Shown here: positions 15,744 to 23,614 of the stretch, piece by piece | How positions within the stretch are numbered: position 1 is the stretch's first letter | Layout of the letters: the number at the start of each line of letters is the position of its first letter | IMG/VR virus record: IMGVR_UViG_3300046542_000616 | Strand: one strand, 5' to 3' | DNA: 32,000 nt | Source: a virus | Taxonomy: Duplodnaviria; Heunggongvirae; Uroviricota; Caudoviricetes | Translations under genes and position numbers: made by a program | Notes under the pieces: model-generated | What the model was told of the DNA's origin: nothing | The model's input: only the letters and a program-made list of their open reading frames with translations | Databases searched by the model: none

Positions 15744-16397
15744 TCAGAGGAAGGTAAAGGCCAGCGCTACGACAAACCCTATAAGCACATAAACGACCCC
15801 ATGGATATTCCTCATCTGTTCAAAGAGCCGGTCAATGAAGGGCCCCTCACGAAGCTGCCGGGCCAGATCAGCTTCGTACTCAGCCTTGAGCTCAGCCTCC
15901 AGCTTTTGCAGGAATTTTCGGTACAGGGCATCCGTGGTCAGCTCAAAATAGTCGCTGCTGTGATTTCTGGAATGCTCTTGAACAAAGGCCCTGAACGCGG
16001 CCTTGTGCGCCGGGTCGAAGCCCTCAGGGTCGCGAGCGTACTGGGTGTGACGCTCGGCTTGCGGCTGAGGCTCAGGCTTGGGTGGAGGCGGAGAGGCGGG
16101 CCGAACGGGTGGAGTCTCCTGCTCCGCAATCCAGGCGTCGTGCCTTGCACGGCTGTCCGTACATGACAACACTTCGTACGCATTGTTGATGACCTTCATC
16201 CGGGCCACAGACAACGGATGGCGGTTGCGATCCGGGTGGTGTGCGCTGACCAGGCGACGGTAAGCCTTGCGAATGTCATCCTGACTGGCCGTCCTGGACA
16301 CCTTAAGATTGTCGTAATGCGTGCGGGGCTTTTTCACCACGGGTGTCTCCCTGGCCGGGTTAAGGTCATGGTCAGGGTGCAGGGGTATTCCGCACAC
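15744..16397 (-). CDS. J-domain (DnaJ-like) protein with C-terminal TM anchor (217 aa; alternative GTG start 16340)
   Basis: HYDNLKV...IRKAYRRLVSAHHPDRN with HPD. C-terminal VVYVLIGFVVALAFTFL. Paralogue of 14994-15614. Confidence 0.85.
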   Translation of the reverse strand: MCGIPLHPDHDLNPARETPVVKKPRTHYDNLKVSRTASQDDIRKAYRRLVSAHHPDRNRHPLSVARMKVINNAYEVLSCTDSRARHDAWIAEQETPPVRPASPPPPKPEPQPQAERHTQYARDPEGFDPAHKAAFRAFVQEHSRNHSSDYFELTTDALYRKFLQKLEAELKAEYEADLARQLREGPFIDRLFEQMRNIHGVVYVLIGFVVALAFTFL

Positions 16398-16398
16398 T

Positions 16399-16419
16399 GA
16401 GTATGCGGAAATTATACTC
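16399..16419 (-). promoter_or_regulatory. promoter box AG-TATAAT-N6-ATACT (consensus -10, no clear -35)
   Basis: -10 at 16411-16416. Palindrome GAGTAT-N9-ATACTC. Upstream of J-protein gene 15744-16397. Confidence 0.5.
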
Positions 16420-16466
16420 TATTAAAGGCAATGTTGGGATATGCCAATTTGCCAATTTACTGCAAA

Positions 16467-16928
16467 TTATGCAGAAAAAATCACCTTGCCACCGTAGGCA
16501 TGCGGCACAGGGATGATGTGGTAGTTGCTGTTCCACCAATTGGAGGCATCGAAGTAGCCGTGGCCCTGCTTCCCACGGTAGCTGTAGGGCTCGTTCTTCC
16601 ACAGCGCAACGACCCAGTCACCAAAGACCTCGCCTTGCACCCAGTGGTAGCCCTCTGGCAGCGCCTCGGGCCGGCTGGCAGCCACTGGCGGCGTCACCGG
16701 GCCACCAACGGCATGCACCTGGGTCAGGTAGCGCGCACCATTGCTGTTAGAGCAATCGAAAAAACCGGTGGCTCGCTCGTGACCTACGCACCAGAAAGCC
16801 GCGACCCAAGGCCCATCCTGCTCAACCTGAATCCAGTAGTAACCAAAAGGCCGGGGCAGGGCAGCCGCCAAGGCGCCGGGGCAAGCCGGGTGCTTAGCCT
16901 GTTCGCAGGCAATTACTTGATAGTTCAT
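16467..16928 (-). CDS. hypothetical protein with internal two-fold repeat (153 aa)
   Basis: GYYWIQVEQDGPWVAAFW...GFFDCSN and GYHWVQGEVFGDWVVALW...GYFDASN. Confidence 0.7.
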   Translation of the reverse strand: MNYQVIACEQAKHPACPGALAAALPRPFGYYWIQVEQDGPWVAAFWCVGHERATGFFDCSNSNGARYLTQVHAVGGPVTPPVAASRPEALPEGYHWVQGEVFGDWVVALWKNEPYSYRGKQGHGYFDASNWWNSNYHIIPVPHAYGGKVIFSA

Positions 16929-17143
16929 GCGTAGACCTGACTGCGAGAGGCGGGGTCGCTCACTTCTGGCGCAGCCAGGATCGGATTCGTGCGAAGCAGG
17001 CTATGGGTCACCTCGGGCTCGGCACTTAGGCAGTGCGGACACCAAAAGGTCGATTTGACGGCGCCTGGACGCGCCTGCGGGTGGATGCCGAAGGCCGGGA
17101 AGCACGGGATGCCATCGGCATCAATGCAGTATTCGCAGGACAT
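16925..17143 (-). CDS. small zinc-ribbon protein (72 aa)
   Basis: CEYC...CPHC. ATGA overlap with 16467-16928. Confidence 0.6.
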   Translation of the reverse strand: MSCEYCIDADGIPCFPAFGIHPQARPGAVKSTFWCPHCLSAEPEVTHSLLRTNPILAAPEVSDPASRSQVYA

Positions 17144-17166
17144 GGCAGCACCTCTGTCAATTTACT

Positions 17167-17197
17167 GAAAACCCCCTGACGGTGTCCGTCAGAGGGC
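17167..17197 (-). terminator. rho-independent terminator
   Basis: The minus strand reads CCCTCTGACGG-aca-CCGTCAGGGGGTTTTC. Confidence 0.7.
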
Positions 17198-17316
17198 TTG
17201 TATTTCGGGAGAAGCTATTGGGGCAGGTTTGGCTTAAGTCCGTTCCGGTCGAGTCTCACTGTGAGAGTGGGTCAAGTCCATGTCGACAAGCGGATTGCCT
17301 CATCCTCTTCACTCAC

Positions 17317-17562
17317 TCACACGCTTGACCGACCAGATTGGTCGCAAGCCGTTACCACGCTCCCCTCACGCTTCCAGTTGCCCACGGGGGTAAAGCCGTG
17401 GAACAGCATCTGGATACGGTCACCCAGGACGATAGCCAGGGCCAGGCAAAGAACAAGGCCAATGACCAGAGCATGTTCGGTATCGATGCCGTCCAGGACT
17501 TCCATGGAGCCGGTCATCAAGACCATGGTCACCAAGCAGAGCAGCATTTTCAGGTATTCCAT
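17317..17562 (-). CDS. small membrane protein (81 aa, 2 TM)
   Basis: GAAGG-N7-ATG at 17562. Two hydrophobic helices. Confidence 0.55.
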   Translation of the reverse strand: MEYLKMLLCLVTMVLMTGSMEVLDGIDTEHALVIGLVLCLALAIVLGDRIQMLFHGFTPVGNWKREGSVVTACDQSGRSSV

Positions 17563-17592
17563 CACATCACCTTCAATTTCAACGGGCTTATC

Positions 17593-17781
17593 TTAAGCCT
17601 CGGTTTTTACCCAGCGCTTTGGGCGTTTCATCAGTGCTACAAGCTGTGGGCTTGGGCCGTCTTTGCGTTCGCAGATCTCGGTGAACCTGTCGAACGCTTC
17701 ATCGGACAACACGATCCGTTCTGGATTGGAGAAGAAGCCTTTCGGCAGTTCACTCTCAGCAGTATCTTTACTCATGATCAT
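17593..17781 (-). CDS. DUF1778/TacA-AtaR-like antitoxin C-terminal fragment (62 aa), tentative
   Basis: RIVLSDEAFDRFTEICERKDGPSPQLVALMKRP fits the L-[ST]-x-[ED]-x3-[FIM]-x2-EI-x6-P-x-P-x-L-x-A pattern of the toxin-binding half of DUF1778 antitoxins. There is no RHH N-domain. Confidence 0.6.
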   Translation of the reverse strand: MIMSKDTAESELPKGFFSNPERIVLSDEAFDRFTEICERKDGPSPQLVALMKRPKRWVKTEA

Positions 17782-17840
17782 CAGCCTTTTTCAGTCATGT
17801 CCAGAAGCTGGGCTACCGAGTAGCTAACCATCCTTCTGAA

Positions 17841-17882
17841 CCGGTATGTGCAAAGAATACCCATAAATTGACAGTTCGTCAA
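17841..17882 (-). promoter_or_regulatory. early-type promoter, TTGACG-17-TATTCT-N6-ATACC
   Basis: -35 at 17877-17882, -10 at 17854-17859. Confidence 0.55.
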
Positions 17883-17918
17883 AGAGTATTTTGCATTTAA
17901 CTGAATACAAGCGAACGG

Positions 17919-18371
17919 TTAGATCAGTCGACTCAGGTAGGTATGCAGCGAGGCCGGGCCAAGCAGGTAGCCGTCCGCAATCACTATCACCTCATTATCA
18001 CCGTCGCGGGCCAGCACGTAATCGTGGTCATCACTCAGGGCACGGAAGAGGCAGGAAGTGGCCACGAAGCCGACGTAGCTGGTAAACGGCTGGCCGAGGC
18101 AGAGGTTGATCATCAGTCGATCAAAGACCTCACTGAACTCAGCCGACAGCAGGACAAGCTTGGTCGCCGCCATGTCGAAATGCTTAAAGGTCGGGTTTGG
18201 AGTATCACCAATGATCCGGCCTTCGATGGCATCAACGAGGTATTTTTCCTCCTCGGCAATGATCTTCATGCACTCCAGGTACGCACCTTTCTCGTAAATC
18301 GCGGGGTCAGACCGGCACGCCTCGGCAGCCGCCCGGACGGCGAGGATGGCAAGCTGCTGTTGATCGTTCAT
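17919..18371 (-). CDS. hypothetical protein (150 aa)
   Basis: GGAG-N8-ATG. Follows 18415-18981 in the same operon. Confidence 0.7.
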   Translation of the reverse strand: MNDQQQLAILAVRAAAEACRSDPAIYEKGAYLECMKIIAEEEKYLVDAIEGRIIGDTPNPTFKHFDMAATKLVLLSAEFSEVFDRLMINLCLGQPFTSYVGFVATSCLFRALSDDHDYVLARDGDNEVIVIADGYLLGPASLHTYLSRLI

Positions 18372-18414
18372 CGGGGAGACTCCAGGTCAGGTGAGTGCGT
18401 TTGTCTGCAAAAGC

Positions 18415-18981
18415 TTAGAACAGCAGAGCCATCTGCGGGCCTTGGGCTCGGATGGTGATGTTGTCGGCTGGCATGGACTTCAACTCAAGAGTCTGGGACT
18501 TACGCTTGGCTTTTTTGAAGGCCATGGCCATGGTGCTGGGCTTATTGGCGATGTAGGTTTCGCTCGCCGCTTTGGCGCGCAGGCAGTCGTCCGCTTCAAA
18601 CAGACCGAAATGACAAAGTTCGATAGGCTTACCCAGTTCCTTGGCCAGCCAGCGGTAGGCGCCATTACGATCCAGCAGACCAGTCTTCCAGATATGCTCG
18701 AACACCGGCTTGCAGGCATTGCGTACGCTGCGCAGAGCGTCATCAGCCAGTGTGCCAAGGGGCAGGTTGGTTTTTTCGTGCAGGCCGATCCTGGCAGTGC
18801 AGGAGCCGCACTTGTAGACCCACGGCCAATCACCGAAGGCTTTGCCGAAGTAGATGGCTGTGTGGTGAACGATGGTGACCTGGCGCTGGCAATACCGGCA
18901 GCAGGTCGGGATCTCAAAGGCGTCAGTGACGCGCTTCGTTGCAGCAGGGCAGGGGTTGAACGGGGTCAGGTCGACAGACAC
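18415..18981 (-). CDS. zinc-ribbon phage protein, DUF3268-like (188 aa), tentative
   Basis: GTG start after AAGGA-N8. Pattern CRYC...YKCGSC-x-A-x-IG-x-H...PLGTLAD...LR...AYRWLA...LG...HFG. Confidence 0.75.
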   Translation of the reverse strand: MSVDLTPFNPCPAATKRVTDAFEIPTCCRYCQRQVTIVHHTAIYFGKAFGDWPWVYKCGSCTARIGLHEKTNLPLGTLADDALRSVRNACKPVFEHIWKTGLLDRNGAYRWLAKELGKPIELCHFGLFEADDCLRAKAASETYIANKPSTMAMAFKKAKRKSQTLELKSMPADNITIRAQGPQMALLF

Positions 18982-19000
18982 GGCAACATCCTTCGCATAT

Positions 19001-19042
19001 CGGGTATGCTTGCAGTGTACTGTTTAACAGAGATGGGTGCAA
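19001..19042 (-). promoter_or_regulatory. early-type promoter, TTGCAC-17-TACACT-N6-ATACC
   Basis: -35 at 19037-19042, -10 at 19014-19019. Predicted leader of 26 nt to GTG 18981. Confidence 0.6.
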
Positions 19043-19077
19043 TGGCAATGTGCAGTTGAATACACATTGCTCAGTGA

Positions 19078-19374
19078 TTATTCGAAGAACAGGAGGTACT
19101 TGTAACGAGCCAGCACCTTGGCAACCTTCTCGCCGGCCACCCGGACTTCTTCCGCGCCTTCACCGATCAGCTTCATGCCTTCCCACTGGCAGCAATAGCC
19201 GGTGTCCTGGTACAGCGTAAGGGACTCGTCGCAGACGCGCTTGATCTCAGCGTCCACCGCGTCATTGACCTTGTTTTTGTAATCCTGGTCATGAACGTGG
19301 CTGTCAGTCCAATACCACTGGATCTCGGCTTCATAAACCGTGCGAACGGCCACAATGGGTTTTGGCGAGAACAT
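19078..19374 (-). CDS. hypothetical protein (98 aa)
   Basis: Clean ORF, last gene of the 21345-19078 operon. Confidence 0.65.
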   Translation of the reverse strand: MFSPKPIVAVRTVYEAEIQWYWTDSHVHDQDYKNKVNDAVDAEIKRVCDESLTLYQDTGYCCQWEGMKLIGEGAEEVRVAGEKVAKVLARYKYLLFFE

Positions 19375-19385
19375 GGCGAAAGCTC

Positions 19386-19604
19386 CTAGGCAACCTGGGG
19401 TGCAGTGATGTACTTGTAGCAGGGGAAGTTCTCATAATGGATTTCAACGTCGGGAGCGCCGCCGTAGGTCACCGGCACCACCTTGTCACCTTTACGTTTA
19501 CCCAGGTGATAGCTGCCATCAACGTCCATCCAGATCACCTCGTCCTCTTCTGATGGCTTCTTGGAAGACGAGATCCAGGGCGGCAGAATCTTCATGGCAG
19601 CCAT
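19386..19604 (-). CDS. hypothetical protein (72 aa)
   Basis: ATG 19604 overlaps the TGA of 19604-19948 (TGATG). Confidence 0.55.
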   Translation of the reverse strand: MAAMKILPPWISSSKKPSEEDEVIWMDVDGSYHLGKRKGDKVVPVTYGGAPDVEIHYENFPCYKYITAPQVA

Positions 19605-19948
19605 CAGCAGGAACCCCCGGCAGCCTTGATCGCCGCCTTGACCGCGTCGAGCTTCTCGGCGGGCACCGAGACCGACAGGTACACCGTGTTCTGCAGCTTG
19701 CGCCATTTTTTCAGGTAGACCTCAAAGGCGCAATCGACTTCAACAGGGCCAACCGACTGCACATAGCCGCCAGTGATGATCACTGAGTCGTTATCTTTGA
19801 GCTCGGACAGGGCATCCGATTCTTTTTCAACGCCGTTGACCTTCAATGTCACCTCTTCGTGCCAGACGTTGTGGTCGCGTTGGTCAGGCCAGAAGGTCAT
19901 GTCAGCCAGGAATGCTGTGAGTTCCTTGCCAGTGGTTTTAAGGGGCAT
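19604..19948 (-). CDS. hypothetical protein (114 aa)
   Basis: Clean ORF in the operon. Confidence 0.7.
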   Translation of the reverse strand: MPLKTTGKELTAFLADMTFWPDQRDHNVWHEEVTLKVNGVEKESDALSELKDNDSVIITGGYVQSVGPVEVDCAFEVYLKKWRKLQNTVYLSVSVPAEKLDAVKAAIKAAGGSC

Positions 19949-19974
19949 TGATGTTCTCCATTTTGCAAATATTG

Positions 19975-20163
19975 TTATGCCGCCGTGGTGTAGCCGACGT
20001 GCTTATTGCCATTATCGGTGTCGATCACCATGAAGCGGTAGCCACCCTCAGGCTTGGCACTGCTGTTGCCACAGAGGTTGCAGGTGCTGACACCAATAGA
20101 CAGGGCTGGTTTTTCCTTGCCCTTGCAGATTGGGCACGTTGCCGGGCTGTGCTGATAAGACAT
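19975..20163 (-). CDS. small zinc-ribbon protein (62 aa)
   Basis: CPIC...CNLC. Confidence 0.6.
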   Translation of the reverse strand: MSYQHSPATCPICKGKEKPALSIGVSTCNLCGNSSAKPEGGYRFMVIDTDNGNKHVGYTTAA

Positions 20164-20182
20164 TCACTGATCTCCACGCACG

Positions 20183-20983
20183 TCAGATATTCGTGGTAAT
20201 GAAGGTGAGCCGAGCCGCTACGACAAGGCCAGCGCTGTCGCGCTTGACGTAGCACTGAGGGCTGCCATTTCGGCCATAAGCGACAGCCGCATGCTCGGCA
20301 GTACCAAACAGTGTGGCTTGCGGAGTCAGGTCACACATGCGCCGGTAGTAAGACTTCCAGCCTTCATGGTTGAACCGCTCGTCGTTCTTCTCGCAGGCTG
20401 GGTGCTGCGCGGTAATCCAGTTGAAATCAAAGAACCCGGCAATGCCGCGCTCAATCTCGATCCCCCCAGGAACAAGCTCAAGCCCATCAAGACGCTCATG
20501 CACGGGGTGGTTATGGTCTTCATGCTGGATGTGCAGAAAGTGCACAACACCGCCACAGCTGGCAGCCTGCTTATAGGACTGGACTGCTTGGCTCAAATCA
20601 CTCATCAACGAGTAAACGTCGTCATTGTCGCGCTCACGTTCTTTGTGACTGGTCACCATGGCGTCAATGCGCTGGTGGTGCCAATATTGAAAGCGTTTAA
20701 GGTCAGACGCGTCATGCGTGGTCAGCGCACCGGCCAGCCATTTACCGTTCTTGACGCTGGTCAGTGTATGGGCGCCTTGCCCATTCAACTGCTGATCAAG
20801 AGGGTAGGACGCATCCATTACCAACAGCTTTCCGCAATTAACCTGAAACTCACCGGCGCCCATTGAAGGTTTACCCACTTCAGGCCACGGAGCGCTGCGC
20901 AGGTCTTCTGCCAGCGCCTCCACATCAAGGCCTTTGGCCGCGTTGAAGAGATCCTTATGGGACATGCCGATGAGCTTGCTCAC
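20183..20983 (-). CDS. hypothetical protein (266 aa), possibly DUF4241-like
   Basis: GTGA overlap with the upstream stop. The motifs GKLLVMDASYP, GIAGFFDF and a terminal beta-rich segment recall DUF4241 (weak, from memory). Confidence 0.8.
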   Translation of the reverse strand: MSKLIGMSHKDLFNAAKGLDVEALAEDLRSAPWPEVGKPSMGAGEFQVNCGKLLVMDASYPLDQQLNGQGAHTLTSVKNGKWLAGALTTHDASDLKRFQYWHHQRIDAMVTSHKERERDNDDVYSLMSDLSQAVQSYKQAASCGGVVHFLHIQHEDHNHPVHERLDGLELVPGGIEIERGIAGFFDFNWITAQHPACEKNDERFNHEGWKSYYRRMCDLTPQATLFGTAEHAAVAYGRNGSPQCYVKRDSAGLVVAARLTFITTNI

Positions 20984-21207
20984 GACTTAACGTTCCACGG
21001 CTGATAGAAGAACGCAGCAATGGCACACAGGACGCCGACGACAATGCTTGCCGTCGAAAGAGACGATTCAATCGCGCCTGCGTAGCTCACGCCGAACTTG
21101 ATCAGGACAACCGAGGCAACAGCAAGAGTCAGGAACGCCAGAAGGTTGCCGGCCACCTTCAGTCGAAGAATGATGACCGATAGGGGTGCAGCTGGGACGT
21201 GGCTCAT
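20980..21207 (-). CDS. small membrane protein (75 aa, 2 TM)
   Basis: GGAG-N9-ATG at 21207. Confidence 0.6.
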   Translation of the reverse strand: MSHVPAAPLSVIILRLKVAGNLLAFLTLAVASVVLIKFGVSYAGAIESSLSTASIVVGVLCAIAAFFYQPWNVKS

Positions 21208-21210
21208 CAA

Positions 21211-21345
21211 TCAATTCTCCGATACGGTCAGGCATTCACTGCGGTGAAAGCCGCAAGATTCGAACTTGTCCCAGGCGTGATTAAGATCATCAGCCATGAT
21301 TAACTTGGTGCCACAGGTCTGGGTGAGAAAGAGAAATCGCATCAT
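21211..21345 (-). CDS. possible small Cys-containing protein (44 aa), not in the ORF track
   Basis: ATGATG at 21345, TGA at 21211-21213, 3 nt before the next start. Weak SD. Confidence 0.3.
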   Translation of the reverse strand: MMRFLFLTQTCGTKLIMADDLNHAWDKFESCGFHRSECLTVSEN

Positions 21346-21405
21346 GCGGGTATCTCAACTGGTAGGGAACGAAAGGGGAAGGAGGAATCTGCAGGAAGCA
21401 GTTCG

Positions 21406-21449
21406 TTTCCGGTATATTTGCAGTATACCGGAAACTCGAAGGGGTGCAA
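21406..21449 (-). promoter_or_regulatory. early-type promoter, TTGCAC-16-TATACT-N6-ATACC, within a perfect 11-bp-arm palindrome
   Basis: -35 at 21444-21449, -10 at 21422-21427. TTTCCGGTATA-N7-TATACCGGAAA at 21406-21434. Confidence 0.65.
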
Positions 21450-21473
21450 GTGGCTTAGTGGCAAATTGACAGA

Positions 21474-21899
21474 TTAATTTGTCTTCAAAAACCGACCTTG
21501 CGCAATGTCCCGAAAGTCGCTGAGGAAGCTCTGGCCGACGTCACTGGCCAGCCACTGGATCAAGGTCGCGGCGACTGTCGCGTCTCGCTGAGACACGAAG
21601 CCCTGCTTGTTGTCGTGGCCCAGCAGGTAACTCAGCAGATACCCGGATCGCTGTTTGTCGCTCCAGTAAGTGCTGATCAGCGCTTCCAGCGGATTATTTT
21701 GGGTGCGCGCCGCATGCATGCCGACATGCTTGGCCACTTCTTCGCTACGCGGCAAACCCAATTGGCCTTCCAATTCGGCCACACGGGCCAGAAGTGCATT
21801 CTTCTCCTCGATCTGCTGGTTGAGCAGGTCAAGAAGGGCCTGGCTGCCCTGGACAACCATGTCGTGCATCTGCGCCGGGCTCAATCGCGATTCACTCAT
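21474..21899 (-). CDS. hypothetical protein (141 aa)
   Basis: GGAG-N9-ATG at 21899. 8-nt overlap (ATGAGTGA) with the end of 21892-22329. Confidence 0.7.
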   Translation of the reverse strand: MSESRLSPAQMHDMVVQGSQALLDLLNQQIEEKNALLARVAELEGQLGLPRSEEVAKHVGMHAARTQNNPLEALISTYWSDKQRSGYLLSYLLGHDNKQGFVSQRDATVAATLIQWLASDVGQSFLSDFRDIAQGRFLKTN

Positions 21900-22329
21900 G
21901 ATGTGATTCTCCAATGGAAACTACGCGTTCGAGTTCACGAATCTGGAAGGCCATGGCTAAGTCATGGGGGATCATGACCGATTCGCCCAGCAGCTTCATG
22001 ACAATGACGCGACACGTAGCGATAAGCATATTCGGGCCACAGGCAAAAAACTTGCCGTCAATCGAGGCCACGCGGCCCCCAGTGGTTGCGCCGGTGGTCA
22101 GCTGAACGTCGAATTGGTCGAGCAATTCGGCACCCTGTCGAAAGCGAGCATGCGGGGAGTACATCTGCTTGGGCTTGTCGGCCAGCCAGCATTGGCCACT
22201 CACCGACACGGTGACCGGAACATTCAGGGCAACGGACATCGCCCAGTCCAGGGGGCCATCAATCAGGTCGACGGTCTTGAATTCGACCGGCTCGCCGGTC
22301 AGATGGACTCGCTGGGTAAATGCACTCAT
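21892..22329 (-). CDS. DUF2591/NinX-like phage protein (145 aa), tentative
   Basis: ATG 22329 after AGAGG-N5. Motifs DLIDGPLDWAMSVAL, YSPHARFRQGAELL and GPNMLIATCRVIVMKLLGESV match the family pattern. Confidence 0.7.
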   Translation of the reverse strand: MSAFTQRVHLTGEPVEFKTVDLIDGPLDWAMSVALNVPVTVSVSGQCWLADKPKQMYSPHARFRQGAELLDQFDVQLTTGATTGGRVASIDGKFFACGPNMLIATCRVIVMKLLGESVMIPHDLAMAFQIRELERVVSIGESHHE

Positions 22330-22351
22330 AGGGGCCTCTCTGCCACTGTTA

Positions 22352-22392
22352 TGGTATGCGCTCAGCATACTTTAAATGGTGTTCCTGGACAA
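22352..22392 (-). promoter_or_regulatory. early-type promoter, TTGTCC-17-TATGCT-N6-ATACC
   Basis: -35 at 22387-22392 (inside hairpin GTTCCTGG-N4-CCAGGAAC, 22381-22400), -10 at 22364-22369. Confidence 0.55.
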
Positions 22393-22413
22393 CCAGGAAC
22401 CCGTCAATTCATT

Positions 22414-22438
22414 GAAAAAAGGTAGCCGTTTTACGGCT
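22414..22438 (-). terminator. rho-independent terminator of 22438-22986
   Basis: The minus strand reads AGCCG-taaaa-CGGCT-acc-TTTTTTC. Confidence 0.6.
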
Positions 22439-22986
22439 TATTCTTCCTGGAACAGCACGGAGTCAGGCCGGGTTCGATGCCAGGCAAGGAAGCCCGCGAA
22501 GAAACGTCGATGAACCTCGACAATCCGGTCAGACTCGTCGCCACCGGCTATCCGCACCGTGGCCTGATAGTCATGCTCGTGCCACTCAGTGTCGTTCTCG
22601 GCAATGATTTTCGCCTTGTTTGCCGCAAACTCAGGGCTTGAGAGCCACGCAATGGCCTCTTGCGCACTGTGCGAATGCTCCATGCCCATTCTCAGCAAGC
22701 AGGGCTTGCCTGACGGACAGATCACATAAGACAGGAACTGCGGGTGCTTGAACACCTGGTTTGGCGGTGAGCGCATCACAAGGCAGTTGCCAGTAATGAT
22801 CTCAGAGACTGGCAGTCGAGTATTGTCGACACCGTGAAGTGGAATGCCAATAGACGCGACATGGGCAACCATCTGTTCGAGCGTGTCGAAGGTGATCGAG
22901 CATTTGTACTCGGCAAACAGATCTTTTTGCTCCCAATAGGGCAATGAAAACAACCGCTTCATTGCAAGATCATCAGTGACGGGCAT
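22438..22986 (-). CDS. hypothetical protein (182 aa)
   Basis: Clean ORF. Terminator 22414-22438 lies at the stop. Confidence 0.75.
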   Translation of the reverse strand: MPVTDDLAMKRLFSLPYWEQKDLFAEYKCSITFDTLEQMVAHVASIGIPLHGVDNTRLPVSEIITGNCLVMRSPPNQVFKHPQFLSYVICPSGKPCLLRMGMEHSHSAQEAIAWLSSPEFAANKAKIIAENDTEWHEHDYQATVRIAGGDESDRIVEVHRRFFAGFLAWHRTRPDSVLFQEE

Positions 22987-23042
22987 AAGGGATTACTCGG
23001 CAAGAAGATGGGTGGTTAGGGAGCCCGTAGGCCCCCGTTCAC

Positions 23043-23546
23043 TCAGAGTGCTTCAAGGCTCGCGATGTCTTCATTCACGAAGTACGCGATGCGACTGCCA
23101 AGCTTGGACAGCGCGGCATCCTTGGCCTCGGCGGTGAACTCATAAGGGTATGCCTGATATTCACCATATTTATTGTCAGTGAAGACGATGACGGTGTTTT
23201 TCTTGCACTTGCGTTTCATCGTCTTGGCCATCGACGTTTCGCAGATCAGGTTGATGAGGGCCGAATCAGCGTAAGGCCCGCTTTGCATGGTTTGCGCAGC
23301 ATCACAAGGCATCACTGGCATCGACGCCTTACGCATCTGCACGCCAAGGATTTCCATATCACTGCGGACAAGGTAAAAGTTGCCATGACCGCCGTTACCT
23401 TCATGAACGTAGCTGCCCAGCTTCTTGCCGGCCAGAAGGATGTCGCAGGACATGTGGTCAGAATCTTCAGCCTTACTAATAACAACGTTCTTCAGTACCA
23501 AATCAATGGTTTTGGCGGCACGCAACGCAGGGAACATAGTCTTCAT
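23043..23546 (-). CDS. hypothetical protein (167 aa), paralogue of 23615-24115
   Basis: ATG 23546 after AAGGAAG-N5. Shares FPxLRxxxxxDLxLK at the N-terminus and IAYFxNxDIAxL at the C-terminus with its neighbour. Confidence 0.75.
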   Translation of the reverse strand: MKTMFPALRAAKTIDLVLKNVVISKAEDSDHMSCDILLAGKKLGSYVHEGNGGHGNFYLVRSDMEILGVQMRKASMPVMPCDAAQTMQSGPYADSALINLICETSMAKTMKRKCKKNTVIVFTDNKYGEYQAYPYEFTAEAKDAALSKLGSRIAYFVNEDIASLEAL

Positions 23547-23614
23547 GGAATCTTCCTTGGATGAGTACTGCCGATCAGGGATCGGCAATATCAGTGATGG
23601 TTGGGTGCTGCCAA

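Noticed and set aside
17198-17596. 132-aa plus-strand ORF spanning the non-coding gap and antisense to 17317-17562.
   Set aside because: It has a TTG start, no SD and a Ser/Arg-rich translation. It runs into the terminator region of the opposite strand.
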